Shown here: in pieces, positions 11,509 through 20,771 of the stretch | Layout: every line of letters begins with the position of its first letter | Position numbering within the stretch: position 1 is the first letter of the stretch | Assembly: GCA_937625935.1 (NCBI GenBank) | Contig: OW569382.1 | Span: forward strand, 248,001 to 312,000 | Source of the DNA: Tetramitus jugosus | Taxonomy: Eukaryota > Protista > Heterolobosea | Direction: 5' to 3' | DNA length: 64,000 bases | The notes under the pieces: generated by a model | Databases searched by the model: none | Seen by the model: the letters and a program-made list of their open reading frames with translations, nothing else | What the model was told of the DNA's origin: nothing | Translations under genes and position numbers: made by a program

Positions 11509-11968
11509 GATATGATGCTTGTTTTTTTGAAGTGGTGTACGAAATCAGCAAATGTGTGTTTGTTGATTGCTGCCTATATGATGATGTTGTCCGTTTTCTT
11601 GTTTTTTTTTCTGTTGTGTTTGGCGGTTTTGTGGGGCAATCAAATGTCAAAGAGCGGCCATTTTTCTACGGTCACCGAAACGCTGGTTTTGTTTCATTCA
11701 GAAAAACGGTCACAATCTCTGACTTTTCGACAGTGGATTCATCTCGGACGTGAAATCACTACAGAAATCGATTGCCACTCTGAACTTGATAAAGACTGAA
11801 TTCATTTCAAAGACTTTTGTTGTTGTAATGATGTGGCGGGCAATTATTGTTCAAGGCTTTTTTTAGTTGGAAAGTACGAAGAAGAACTTTGGCGTACTTT
11901 GTTCATTTGGGATCAATCATTATTCTTTGAAGAAAAAAACGCGCACAAAACGAAAGCAATAGTAAATT

Positions 11969-14596
11969 ATGGCAAGCTTAGCAAATCGATTTAGAAGGCA
12001 AGCTGAACTCACACTCAAAGATGAAGAGTTGAACCCTGGAAATTTTAAGCTAAAGCAAGTTGGCACAAACACAATGACCTTTGCTGATGCAGACGATGAA
12101 GAAGAAACCAATTTCGTTCTCACCATTGTCGATCACAATGGAAACTATGAAATATCAACGGATAATGTGATTCTTGAGGGAGCATGGCTCAAACATATGA
12201 ACCAGTACTGTAAACAGGGCAAGCAGGACATTCAAGATGTCATCTCATTGGCCAGCAAAGAATACTACAATATTTTAATGAATGCTGATGATGTGGAAGA
12301 TTCTGAAGAGATGGAAGATGAAACCATGGAGGATGCAAATGCGAGTGGTAGGGGTGGTGATGAATTGCTAGAGGACGAAGAAGACGAGGAGGAAGACGAC
12401 GATGATGAAGATATTGTGATTGATGAGGATGAGATTGATGCGAAAGAGTTGCCGATTCATCAAATTATTCGGACAGAGTTGGAATCTTGGTTAAAGTCTT
12501 TCAAGTGGAGAAGAGATCAGGAGCAACGAGCCATTAGACGCGATCAAAAAATGCTGGAGATTCAGTATGAAAATATGGGAAAATCATTGCAGAGCAAGCC
12601 ACAGTTGGACATGGAGTTGATCGAAGTTGATTCAGACAAGAGAACAATCACACTGGCCCTCAATAAGCAAATATTCAACGTTCGATACCCTATTGATTAC
12701 AATCCTGCCAGAGGACAGAATTTGTTTGTTCAGACAGATTCACCTGAACTGGTGGATGTCGTGAAGAGATTGAATGCATATTTGAGTAAGAAGGCGGCTT
12801 CACTTTACGCACCAAATGTTGCCATTTCTGTTCTGTTGACCAAACTTCTCGAAATATATATCGAATACAAGTATATTGAGCCTATGACTCCAATGTCCAA
12901 GGAGAGCGCAAAGGAGCAAATCTTTGGCATTTCTGTCGAAGAGGAAATGATTGACGATGATTTCGAAGAACAACAAAAGGACACTGAGACCATGTATCAA
13001 GAAGCCTGGGGTTCCGCAACCGCCGTCACAGGTCCCTATTCTCAGGAATCAAAACAAGCTCTTATGAAGCAATTGCAAAACTGTATCAAGAGAAATGGTT
13101 TGGACGGATGGGAAGTTGAATTGTTCGAAGACAATCCTTTTATTTGGAGGATACGATTGTTTGATTTTCCAAAGGACAGCGACCTCGAAGCCGATCTTGA
13201 GTGCTTTGACGAGAGATATAATCTTGGAAAGGATGTTCTGATTGAAATGAAGTTCACGGGTCAATATCCAAACGATCCTCCTTCTGTTCGTGTCGTAAGA
13301 CCTAGAATGGTGTACTTGAGTGGTAATGTGTCATTCGGTGGTACATTCTGTTTGGATTTCTTAATGCCACAGAATTGGAACAAGTACACGTACTTGGATA
13401 CATTGATCACCCAAATCAAGAAAAGTTTGCTTGATAATGGAGCAAGGGTCGATCTACGAACATGTTTGGAGTATGATGAACAGCAAGCAACAGATACATT
13501 TATTAGGTTACGAAGGATGAATTCGATTCAATTCCCAACAGTTAACAAGTATTCGGACAAGCTACTTGCCTTCTCATCCAATTTTGCTAAGAATACCTAC
13601 GCAATACCGTTCAATCAAAATGCATTAGAAAAGGGTAATAAGGTTTTGTTGCCTCTCAGTGTTGCCGATCAAATTTTCCAGGGCAACTTTGAACTGCCAC
13701 TTATCTTCGAACTCAAGTCAAAGAGAAATGTGAAATTGTATGCGGGTGTAAGTGAATTCACTGCTCCAGAAGGTAACATTATCATACCTCAATGGTTGCT
13801 AAAGAGCTTGTTCTCTACTGAAGGCCAAAAAATTGGTGTCCGATGTGTCACCCTTCCACATGGAACTTATATGAAACTACAGCCTCACTCCAAGGAGTTT
13901 TATGAGATTGAAGATCACAAGACCGTTTTGGAAGAAACTTTATTTAACTACAGCTGTGTGACTGAGGGTCAATCGATTCCAGTGTACTACAACAACAAAG
14001 AATATTTGGTGGAGATCATTGAGTTGAAGCCTGAGAGAGCATGTTCTCTCATTGCTGACAAGGGATATCTCGAAGTTGAGATTGATTTTGCACCAGCTGT
14101 CGATTTGATTGACGAGAATACATTGAGAGAAATGCAAGATAAGCAGAGAAACTACAGAAAGATGGTGTTCAGAAAGAAGGTTGAGAAATGCATCAAGGAG
14201 GCTCAAAGAAGACGAGAAGACAAGATAGCTCGTGTTAAGAAGGCACTTGACGAGGCCACACGATATGACAAGAAGGAGCTATCCACCATTCGATTCAAGT
14301 TCCCTAATGGTGTTTCAAATCATGAGATCTCACTCCCATCTACAACCCCAACCCAGATTCTCTATGAATATGTGGAGACATTGGAGGATCCTTCTATTTA
14401 TGTTTGCAAGCCCTACACTCAAGGAATAGATCTCGAATTGAGTACCCAATATCAAGTCGGTACGTCAATGAGCAAATTCACCATCCCCAACTCCTTCGTA
14501 GATAACCTCGAAGCAGCAGGATTACATCCCAGAGGTATGGTTTTGGTCAGCGAGCACGACAGATTCCCTTCACTTGTCATGTCACCCAGCATTTAA
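11969..14596 (+). CDS. Fusion of UBE2Q-like ubiquitin-conjugating domain + UFD1 domain + UBX-like domain
   Basis: UBC motif YPNDPPSVRVVRP...GGTFCLDFL with the catalytic Cys. UFD1 motifs GNKVLLP, GVSEFTAPEG, LPHGTYMKLQPH and LEVEIDFAP. C-terminal IRFKFPNG...LYEYV...AGLHPRG. Confidence 0.85.
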   Translation: MASLANRFRRQAELTLKDEELNPGNFKLKQVGTNTMTFADADDEEETNFVLTIVDHNGNYEISTDNVILEGAWLKHMNQYCKQGKQDIQDVISLASKEYYNILMNADDVEDSEEMEDETMEDANASGRGGDELLEDEEDEEEDDDDEDIVIDEDEIDAKELPIHQIIRTELESWLKSFKWRRDQEQRAIRRDQKMLEIQYENMGKSLQSKPQLDMELIEVDSDKRTITLALNKQIFNVRYPIDYNPARGQNLFVQTDSPELVDVVKRLNAYLSKKAASLYAPNVAISVLLTKLLEIYIEYKYIEPMTPMSKESAKEQIFGISVEEEMIDDDFEEQQKDTETMYQEAWGSATAVTGPYSQESKQALMKQLQNCIKRNGLDGWEVELFEDNPFIWRIRLFDFPKDSDLEADLECFDERYNLGKDVLIEMKFTGQYPNDPPSVRVVRPRMVYLSGNVSFGGTFCLDFLMPQNWNKYTYLDTLITQIKKSLLDNGARVDLRTCLEYDEQQATDTFIRLRRMNSIQFPTVNKYSDKLLAFSSNFAKNTYAIPFNQNALEKGNKVLLPLSVADQIFQGNFELPLIFELKSKRNVKLYAGVSEFTAPEGNIIIPQWLLKSLFSTEGQKIGVRCVTLPHGTYMKLQPHSKEFYEIEDHKTVLEETLFNYSCVTEGQSIPVYYNNKEYLVEIIELKPERACSLIADKGYLEVEIDFAPAVDLIDENTLREMQDKQRNYRKMVFRKKVEKCIKEAQRRREDKIARVKKALDEATRYDKKELSTIRFKFPNGVSNHEISLPSTTPTQILYEYVETLEDPSIYVCKPYTQGIDLELSTQYQVGTSMSKFTIPNSFVDNLEAAGLHPRGMVLVSEHDRFPSLVMSPSI

Positions 14597-14855
14597 TCAC
14601 CTCTTCCCATCTCATCCCATCAACAAGTTGTAAATAAAGTATCTCTCGTTGTGTGACTACATTTTTTTTCATCTCCTCGGCACCAATCAGTTCATTCAGA
14701 CACGAAGCGACTCCAACTGTTGTCATCTGTCATTGACCAGAACCGACAACTTGAATGGGGCAAAGGATTCTCCCATAACGCGCCACACAGAATAGAACAG
14801 CAACAAACAACACAAAACTTTCTGCCCCAGAAAAGATCTCACGCAAAAACCGATT

Positions 14856-16226
14856 ATGTCATCTTCAGAGTCTGGTCCAAGCACCACCGAATCACAGAAA
14901 TCACCAAGGCTAAAATTTCCAAGTCTCTTCCAAAGGGGAAAACCACAGGGTGCAACTGTGTTTGGTGATGACAGTGGCCTACCACACTCTGACAGTTTTC
15001 TTCACAAGGATGAATCATCATCCAGTGCTTCCACACCCAGAAAAAACGCAAAGGCTATCAAGCGCTTTTTTGGCAAACTAAAAAATGTGAAGATTACAAA
15101 GCGAAAAAAGGCGCCAATTTTTGATGACGAGTCCAATTCATCGTCTACGATTCTGGATGCCAATGTGCTCACAATTGAGAATGGCATGGAATATTTGATA
15201 TTGAGCAGTGGAGATGGGAGTCAGTCAGCACGAGACACTGAACATGTAGAGTCAATGAAAAAGTATGAAGAATCCATTAAGCACTTTATGAAATTGATTG
15301 TGTTTCAGAGTCCTCTGGACAATTACACGGATGTCTCCGTGTTGTACACTGGAGCTTCCAATCAGTCAAAGATTATGAGAGCTGTTCTCAAGCCGCGATC
15401 TTCAATTGTTGTTGTGAGTGATCTTGATGTGAATCACCAAGCTGACACCACCCAGTCAACGACAACCATTTGTCTCAAGTGTGCTCCGCTGAGCAACGAA
15501 GATAAAATTGTTGAGTTGAGCAACGAAGTACTGATCATGGAGCAGTGCAATCATGCCAATGTCATCCAGTTCAACAGTGTTTGTGTCTTTGAGAAATCCG
15601 TGTGGATTTCAATGGAGTATTGCACACGTGGTTCACTGACTGATCTCATATCGAGTCGCGGACTCTGTTTGACAGAGCTTCAGATTGCCAGCATTTGTCG
15701 CGAATTATTGAATGGCTTACAGTATTTGCATGAACAAATGTTTATCATTCACAGGGACTTGAAATCGGACAACATTCTAATCAGTGATCAATTTGAAATG
15801 AAAATTTCAGATTTTGGATTGTCAGTAAAGTGTTCGAATGCAAGTGAAGAGCACAGTGCATGTGTGGGCACTCCCTTTTGGGTTGCACCCGAAATGATTC
15901 ATCACAATAGCAAGTATAATTTTAAGGCTGACATGTGGAGTTTGGGAGTTGTGATTTGGGAAATGACTCATCATGGAGAGCCCCCACATTTTAATGTTCA
16001 GGATTCGAATCAGGTGTTGAACACGATTGCATTTAAACCTGCTCCTAGACTGACTGGTGATTGGAGTCCAATATTCAAGGATTTCATGGCCAATTTGCTC
16101 TGCAAAACACCTCAGCAACGGTTGAGTGCTCGACAAGCGTTGAATCACGAGTTCATTCAAAGTGCAACTCAGAGACCGAACGAATTTCTTCCAGAGATTT
16201 TTGCTGAGCTGCACTCTGTCATATAA
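14856..16226 (+). CDS. STE20/PAK-like Ser/Thr protein kinase
   Basis: HRDLKSDN, DFG and VGTPFWVAPE are present. The Gly-rich loop is degenerate and no CRIB motif was seen. Confidence 0.85.
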   Translation: MSSSESGPSTTESQKSPRLKFPSLFQRGKPQGATVFGDDSGLPHSDSFLHKDESSSSASTPRKNAKAIKRFFGKLKNVKITKRKKAPIFDDESNSSSTILDANVLTIENGMEYLILSSGDGSQSARDTEHVESMKKYEESIKHFMKLIVFQSPLDNYTDVSVLYTGASNQSKIMRAVLKPRSSIVVVSDLDVNHQADTTQSTTTICLKCAPLSNEDKIVELSNEVLIMEQCNHANVIQFNSVCVFEKSVWISMEYCTRGSLTDLISSRGLCLTELQIASICRELLNGLQYLHEQMFIIHRDLKSDNILISDQFEMKISDFGLSVKCSNASEEHSACVGTPFWVAPEMIHHNSKYNFKADMWSLGVVIWEMTHHGEPPHFNVQDSNQVLNTIAFKPAPRLTGDWSPIFKDFMANLLCKTPQQRLSARQALNHEFIQSATQRPNEFLPEIFAELHSVI

Positions 16227-16283
16227 TCTCAGTTTGTCAGTCTTCCTCAGGAAGGAGGATTGTAACAACAACACAACCATTCA

Positions 16284-17375
16284 TTATACCAAATGAAACA
16301 TGGTAATCTCAGGTCGACAAGCAATTCGAAGTCCCAAGTGGGATCCGATTCCTCGATTAATGTACATGTATCGAGAGTTTCCAAATCCTATCAAACCCTG
16401 TACCCATTCCCATTTTCCAACTGCATTATAATAGTTTCTAAAGAAGGATATCTTTTGATGGAAACTCTGAGGTAGTAGACGATAAATGATTGGCAGTAGA
16501 GGTACGTGCAGTATGGGCAGTCGAATCTGTGTCGCATGCGTGTGTCCACTGCACACTAGATCGGAGCGTATTCCATTGCCAAAATCGCACAACTTTCGTT
16601 CTGTTTTATCGTCCAACAAGCACTCTGCACTCACAGGATTATGAGACATGGTGATCACATAGGGTGATTGCACAGAGAGTTTTTGCTTTTGAGACCCTTG
16701 CTCTATTAAAGCTGCAGCCATCTTTTCTCTTACACGTTCATAATGAAAATCAGATCCACCATTGTGAATATAATCACCCAAACCCACAATCATTACTCGC
16801 TCATCTCTCAACATGACATAATCATTGTCCAACAGATGAACACGACATTGCTCTTTCAGAAAAGCCACGAGTTGTCGCTTCTTGTTCATCATGAGATCAT
16901 GATTGCCCAGAGAACCATAAATCTTCAAATCCTCTGGCAACAAGCTAAAAAATTGCTCATGCAATCGCTTCACTGATTCTTCCACTTCTCCATGCACGAA
17001 ATCACCAGTAATCAACAAAAAATCAATGCGATGCCTCCGGTGCAGAAGCTTCACCTTAATTGCCAACTGATACAGCACCTTGTCAGACAGTGCACTCCTC
17101 TCTACATCACTATGGATGTCACTCAATTGTAAGAAGCGTAATCCACGCACGTGATCATGCTGATCCGACACTGGAATATCAATTTGCACCAATTCAATTC
17201 GATGCTGGAAAGGAATCAAGTAACGCAACAGGGCAGGTGCATTTTGTTGAAGAAACACACTTGATTGGTCATCCATCATGGTGAAATAGATGCTGGGCAA
17301 CAATATAGAAAGGAGTATGACCCATAGAAAGAGCAAGCCTAAAGCAATTTTGCATCGTTTGGAAAGAACTTTCAT
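16284..17375 (-). CDS. Membrane-anchored calcineurin-like metallophosphoesterase (YkuE/TMPPE type)
   Basis: N-terminal TM segment plus the motifs SDIH, TGDF, GNHD, SHNP and SGHTH. Confidence 0.85.
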   Translation of the reverse strand: MKVLSKRCKIALGLLFLWVILLSILLPSIYFTMMDDQSSVFLQQNAPALLRYLIPFQHRIELVQIDIPVSDQHDHVRGLRFLQLSDIHSDVERSALSDKVLYQLAIKVKLLHRRHRIDFLLITGDFVHGEVEESVKRLHEQFFSLLPEDLKIYGSLGNHDLMMNKKRQLVAFLKEQCRVHLLDNDYVMLRDERVMIVGLGDYIHNGGSDFHYERVREKMAAALIEQGSQKQKLSVQSPYVITMSHNPVSAECLLDDKTERKLCDFGNGIRSDLVCSGHTHATQIRLPILHVPLLPIIYRLLPQSFHQKISFFRNYYNAVGKWEWVQGLIGFGNSRYMYINRGIGSHLGLRIACRPEITMFHLV

Positions 17376-17543
17376 TGTTTGTGATCGAATCACGTGCTAC
17401 ATTCGCTTTTGTTTTGCGACTTTCAGAAAATAATACTTCCGCTTGCAATCTCGTAGGTGCGAACATTCTCTGATAGACACTGAACCCTGACAATAGTTCG
17501 AAAGGAAATTGACCATTGAGAACAATGTTGGACCAGCACCGGT

Positions 17544-17742
17544 CCAAGGCGACCAAAATTTGTTTTTTTTAATTCAACCAGTGCAATGGTTGCTCACTTT
17601 ATTATCAGTCCGTTGGTGACATCTCACATTATCGGACCAAACGTCGATACAGCTGTTAGCAGACACACCAATGCTGATCAGCTCCTTACCGCCACAACTA
17701 GACATCTCTAACATACACAGTCCTTACCCAAGGCGACCAAAA
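17544..17742 (-). mobile_element. 5'-truncated non-LTR retrotransposon insertion (169 bp, 17559-17727) with A-rich tail and 15-bp TSD
   Basis: Perfect direct repeat CCAAGGCGACCAAAA at 17544-17558 and 17728-17742. The minus-strand insert ends GAGCAACCATTGCACTGGTTGAATT-A8CAAA. Its translation MSSCGGKELISIGVSANSCIDVWSDNV aligns without gaps (11/27 identical) to the ORF2 tail of the element at 51061-52182. Confidence 0.8.
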
Positions 17743-17780
17743 AGTTCGACCCGATTTCAAATTCCTAAGTAATATGGAAC

Positions 17781-17852
17781 GGGGGGTTAGCTCAGCGGTA
17801 GAGCATCTGACTCCAGATCAGCAGGTCGGGCGTTCAATTCGCTCACTCCTCA
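17781..17852 (+). tRNA. tRNA-Trp (CCA)
   Basis: Cloverleaf: GGGGGGT/ACTCCTC acceptor stem, GCTC/GAGC D stem, anticodon loop CTCCAGA, T loop TTCAATT, followed by an oligo-T terminator. Confidence 0.95.
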
Positions 17853-17909
17853 CGAATATTTTTTGTTGTTTTCTCTTTTCTTCACACAAGAAACAAAACA
17901 ACAAAGAAA

Positions 17910-18528
17910 ATGGAAGTGAATAAGAAGCCAGTCAGACATTGCAACGTTTGTGACAAGGAAGAGCAACTCAAACAATGTACGGGATGCAAGCAAGCCATGT
18001 ACTGCTCTCAAGAGCATCAAAGACAAGATTGGCCCACTCACAAGGAGCTTTGCAAAGCTGTCAAGTCAGCAGAGCAAGAAGGTTTCACGATCATGAAAGT
18101 GATCAAGCAAGGTGATGAAAAGACTTTTGCAAAGAAGGGAGATAAAGTCAGAGTTCACTACACTGGTACCTTGGTCAATGGTAATCAATTTGACTCTAGC
18201 AGAACACGCAATGAACCATTTGAGTTTATTGTTGGTGGAAAGCAGGTGATTAAGGGATGGGACGAAGGATTCAAGAGAATCTCTGTTGGAGAACAAGCCA
18301 TTCTTGTCATTTCACCAAGCTACGGATACGGTAGCTCTGATTTGGGAGAGTAAGTGTGATTAAGATTTGTTTGTTGTTTGTTGTTTGTTGTTACTTGCTT
18401 GTTAGTTTGCATTGTGTTTTTTTTCAAGTGATCATTTTGTACTCACTCAATTGTGTGTATGTGTGCCATTTAGTATTCCTCCAAATTCAACTCTTGTGTT
18501 CGATGTTGAGTTGCTTGAAATTTTGTAA
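17910..18528 (+). CDS. MYND zinc finger-FKBP peptidyl-prolyl isomerase fusion; intron 18350-18473
   Basis: MYND finger (CNVC...CTGC...YCSQEHQRQDWPTHKELC), then FKBP (VHYTGTL, FDSS, VIKGWDEG, YGYG). Exon 2 supplies IPPNSTLVFDVELLEI. Confidence 0.9.
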
Positions 18529-18573
18529 AGAGTCTCTCTCACTCAGTAAACGCGTGCACAACGATCTGTGATC

Positions 18574-20667
18574 TCACATTGGAAAAATTTTATTCTTGTA
18601 GAAGGACGACCGCGGCTCTTCGACTTTGCGTTTGAATATGGGAATGGCCTTCTTTTGTGCTTCAGAATCAGCTCCTATCGCTTCAAGATCTAGAAGATAG
18701 GTCTTCATTTTTCCCTTTCCTTTGATATCTGTCATTCCTCTCTCTTCAAACGGAAATTTGCCATTCAATGAGGTATGAGTTGTTTCTGAAATGTGTAGGT
18801 GGCCTGTGAGACCGTGTGATTGCATTCTGGAAGCCACATTGACCGTGTCCCCAAATATGTCGTACACATATTTCGTAGTGCCTACGACACCAGCTACGAT
18901 TGGGCCACTGTTTATACCTATTCTAATGCCAATGCTCAGACCTAATTGTTCTCCAATGATTTTGGTGACATTGTACATGCCAAGGGCTTGCTTCACTGCT
19001 CGTTCTGCATGATCTGACACTTGTACAGGTGCTCCTGCCACGGCCATGAAAACATTACCAATGGTTTTAATCTTTTCGACACCTACCTGTGAGCATACAT
19101 GATCGAATCCAGAGAATATGGTGTTCAGGAGGCGAACCATCTCTGTGGATTCTGCATTGAAATTGTACAATCCAGACATGTCACTGAACAAAACTGACAC
19201 TTCTGATATTGTATCTGCGATTAACATTCGACTGATGATAGATTCACTCTCTGTCTTCACGTGATCTGCTCCCGAGTCGCTCGTAAGTGTGGACTCATCC
19301 ACCTTTTTTGCCTCTTTTAACCGCTCATAGATCACCTCAGGTAACATGTTAAATACTAACCTCTCACTCTTTTCCTTCTCCTCCTTCACTCCCTTCTGCA
19401 ATCCCTCAATACCATCCAACAATAGATTTACCTGCTTGGCCATATTCCCTAGCTCATCTCTCCCTTTCAACACGACTCTCTGTCCCACATTCATCGTTTT
19501 GGCTATACTCTTCACTTCTTTAATAAGTCGTAGAGTTCTGCTTATCACAGCTCTCTCGATGAAGAGGATAAAGGAAACAGAGACAAGAATACCTATTAAC
19601 ACTAGCGATCCAAACGCGAGCAAAATGGATTTGACTGACAACTTGTAGATATCTCTTTCAATGTCAGCTCTCCAGATTGCCACGGGTTTGCCGAAAACGT
19701 CAGACACTATATTATACGCAGCTATCCGGTTCACTGACAACTGTTCCTCCATACCCTCACTACAAACCCTATTCAGCTCTTTACCAGACTTGAGTACACC
19801 AATGTATGAAGGAGAACTATTCTTCCACTCAGGAGTCGTAACAGATACAGAGGATACTCGATGATTCCCTTTTTGAACGTGGCTCCACATTGGCGAAGAG
19901 TGATTATATGGTTGCATAGTTATACAAAATCTGTTTCTTGAAGCAATGTTTTGTAGTTGTAACTCTCTTAGGATGGTAGCCATACAAAATAATCCATAAG
20001 AGTTTCCAACCATAGCTCCAGCTTGTATTGGAGCACAAGAGATCATGAGAATATCATCGCTACAATTGATGTATCCGCCACTCCTCGTAGTAATATCCTC
20101 CACTCCTTTCAAGAGAGGATGATTGATGTCCAGATGTTGCAATTCAGACGGTGGAGTGAGAGGTGTGCTATCTATGGAATCATAAGAAGAATGAAACAGC
20201 AAAGTTCCATTCCGGGCATAGAACAGGGCATAATCCACTCGAATCACCTTCATGAACGCGTCGCCTAGATTGTCCACACTGAATGTCTGAGCTTGAGTCA
20301 TATTGTTGCTATAGTTGAAATCATCCAGCAATTGCATGGTATCATCCCATGCTGCTATCGGAAGAGCAGTAGCCAACAAACTTTCTAAATCATCATACAG
20401 GTTCCGTATCAATCGTTGTGATACATTATTTGCTTTAGATACTTCCAACTTTGAGAAACTCTTTGCAAACACACTAACAATCACTATTGCAAAGGCACAA
20501 AACATTACAAGAAAAAGAAAGACCAATACAGTCGTTGTCTTGACTCTCAGACTCATTAACCGTCTCATGAATCTCTTTCTGAATTTCTCGCTTCTGGTAG
20601 ACAAGGAACCGAAACTGGTACTCCAACTGTTACTCCCATTGGGATATGAGTGTGTGGTATCTTTCAT
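18574..20667 (-). CDS. Receptor-type class III adenylyl cyclase (TM-CHASE4-like-TM-HAMP-cyclase), C2-like subunit
   Basis: AAWDDT sensor motif and HAMP (GRDELGNMAKQVN). The cyclase has KIKTIGN (second metal Asp replaced by Asn), YDIFGDTVNVASRM and KGKG. Confidence 0.9.
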   Translation of the reverse strand: MKDTTHSYPNGSNSWSTSFGSLSTRSEKFRKRFMRRLMSLRVKTTTVLVFLFLVMFCAFAIVIVSVFAKSFSKLEVSKANNVSQRLIRNLYDDLESLLATALPIAAWDDTMQLLDDFNYSNNMTQAQTFSVDNLGDAFMKVIRVDYALFYARNGTLLFHSSYDSIDSTPLTPPSELQHLDINHPLLKGVEDITTRSGGYINCSDDILMISCAPIQAGAMVGNSYGLFCMATILRELQLQNIASRNRFCITMQPYNHSSPMWSHVQKGNHRVSSVSVTTPEWKNSSPSYIGVLKSGKELNRVCSEGMEEQLSVNRIAAYNIVSDVFGKPVAIWRADIERDIYKLSVKSILLAFGSLVLIGILVSVSFILFIERAVISRTLRLIKEVKSIAKTMNVGQRVVLKGRDELGNMAKQVNLLLDGIEGLQKGVKEEKEKSERLVFNMLPEVIYERLKEAKKVDESTLTSDSGADHVKTESESIISRMLIADTISEVSVLFSDMSGLYNFNAESTEMVRLLNTIFSGFDHVCSQVGVEKIKTIGNVFMAVAGAPVQVSDHAERAVKQALGMYNVTKIIGEQLGLSIGIRIGINSGPIVAGVVGTTKYVYDIFGDTVNVASRMQSHGLTGHLHISETTHTSLNGKFPFEERGMTDIKGKGKMKTYLLDLEAIGADSEAQKKAIPIFKRKVEEPRSSFYKNKIFPM

Positions 20668-20771
20668 TTCTCGAGTTCTGTGATAGCGTAAATCATGAAA
20701 AGCCGTTGCCGGGTTTGTGGCGACATTTTGGAGGAAACATCCTCAAAAGGAAGAACACTCATTACACGAAA

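Noticed and set aside
17559-17727. Possible snRNA (AUUGCAC loop, GUAAGGA, Sm-like AAUUUUGG on the minus strand)
   Set aside because: No overall U1/U2/U12 architecture. The TSD, A-tail and ORF2 peptide homology explain it better as a retro-insertion.
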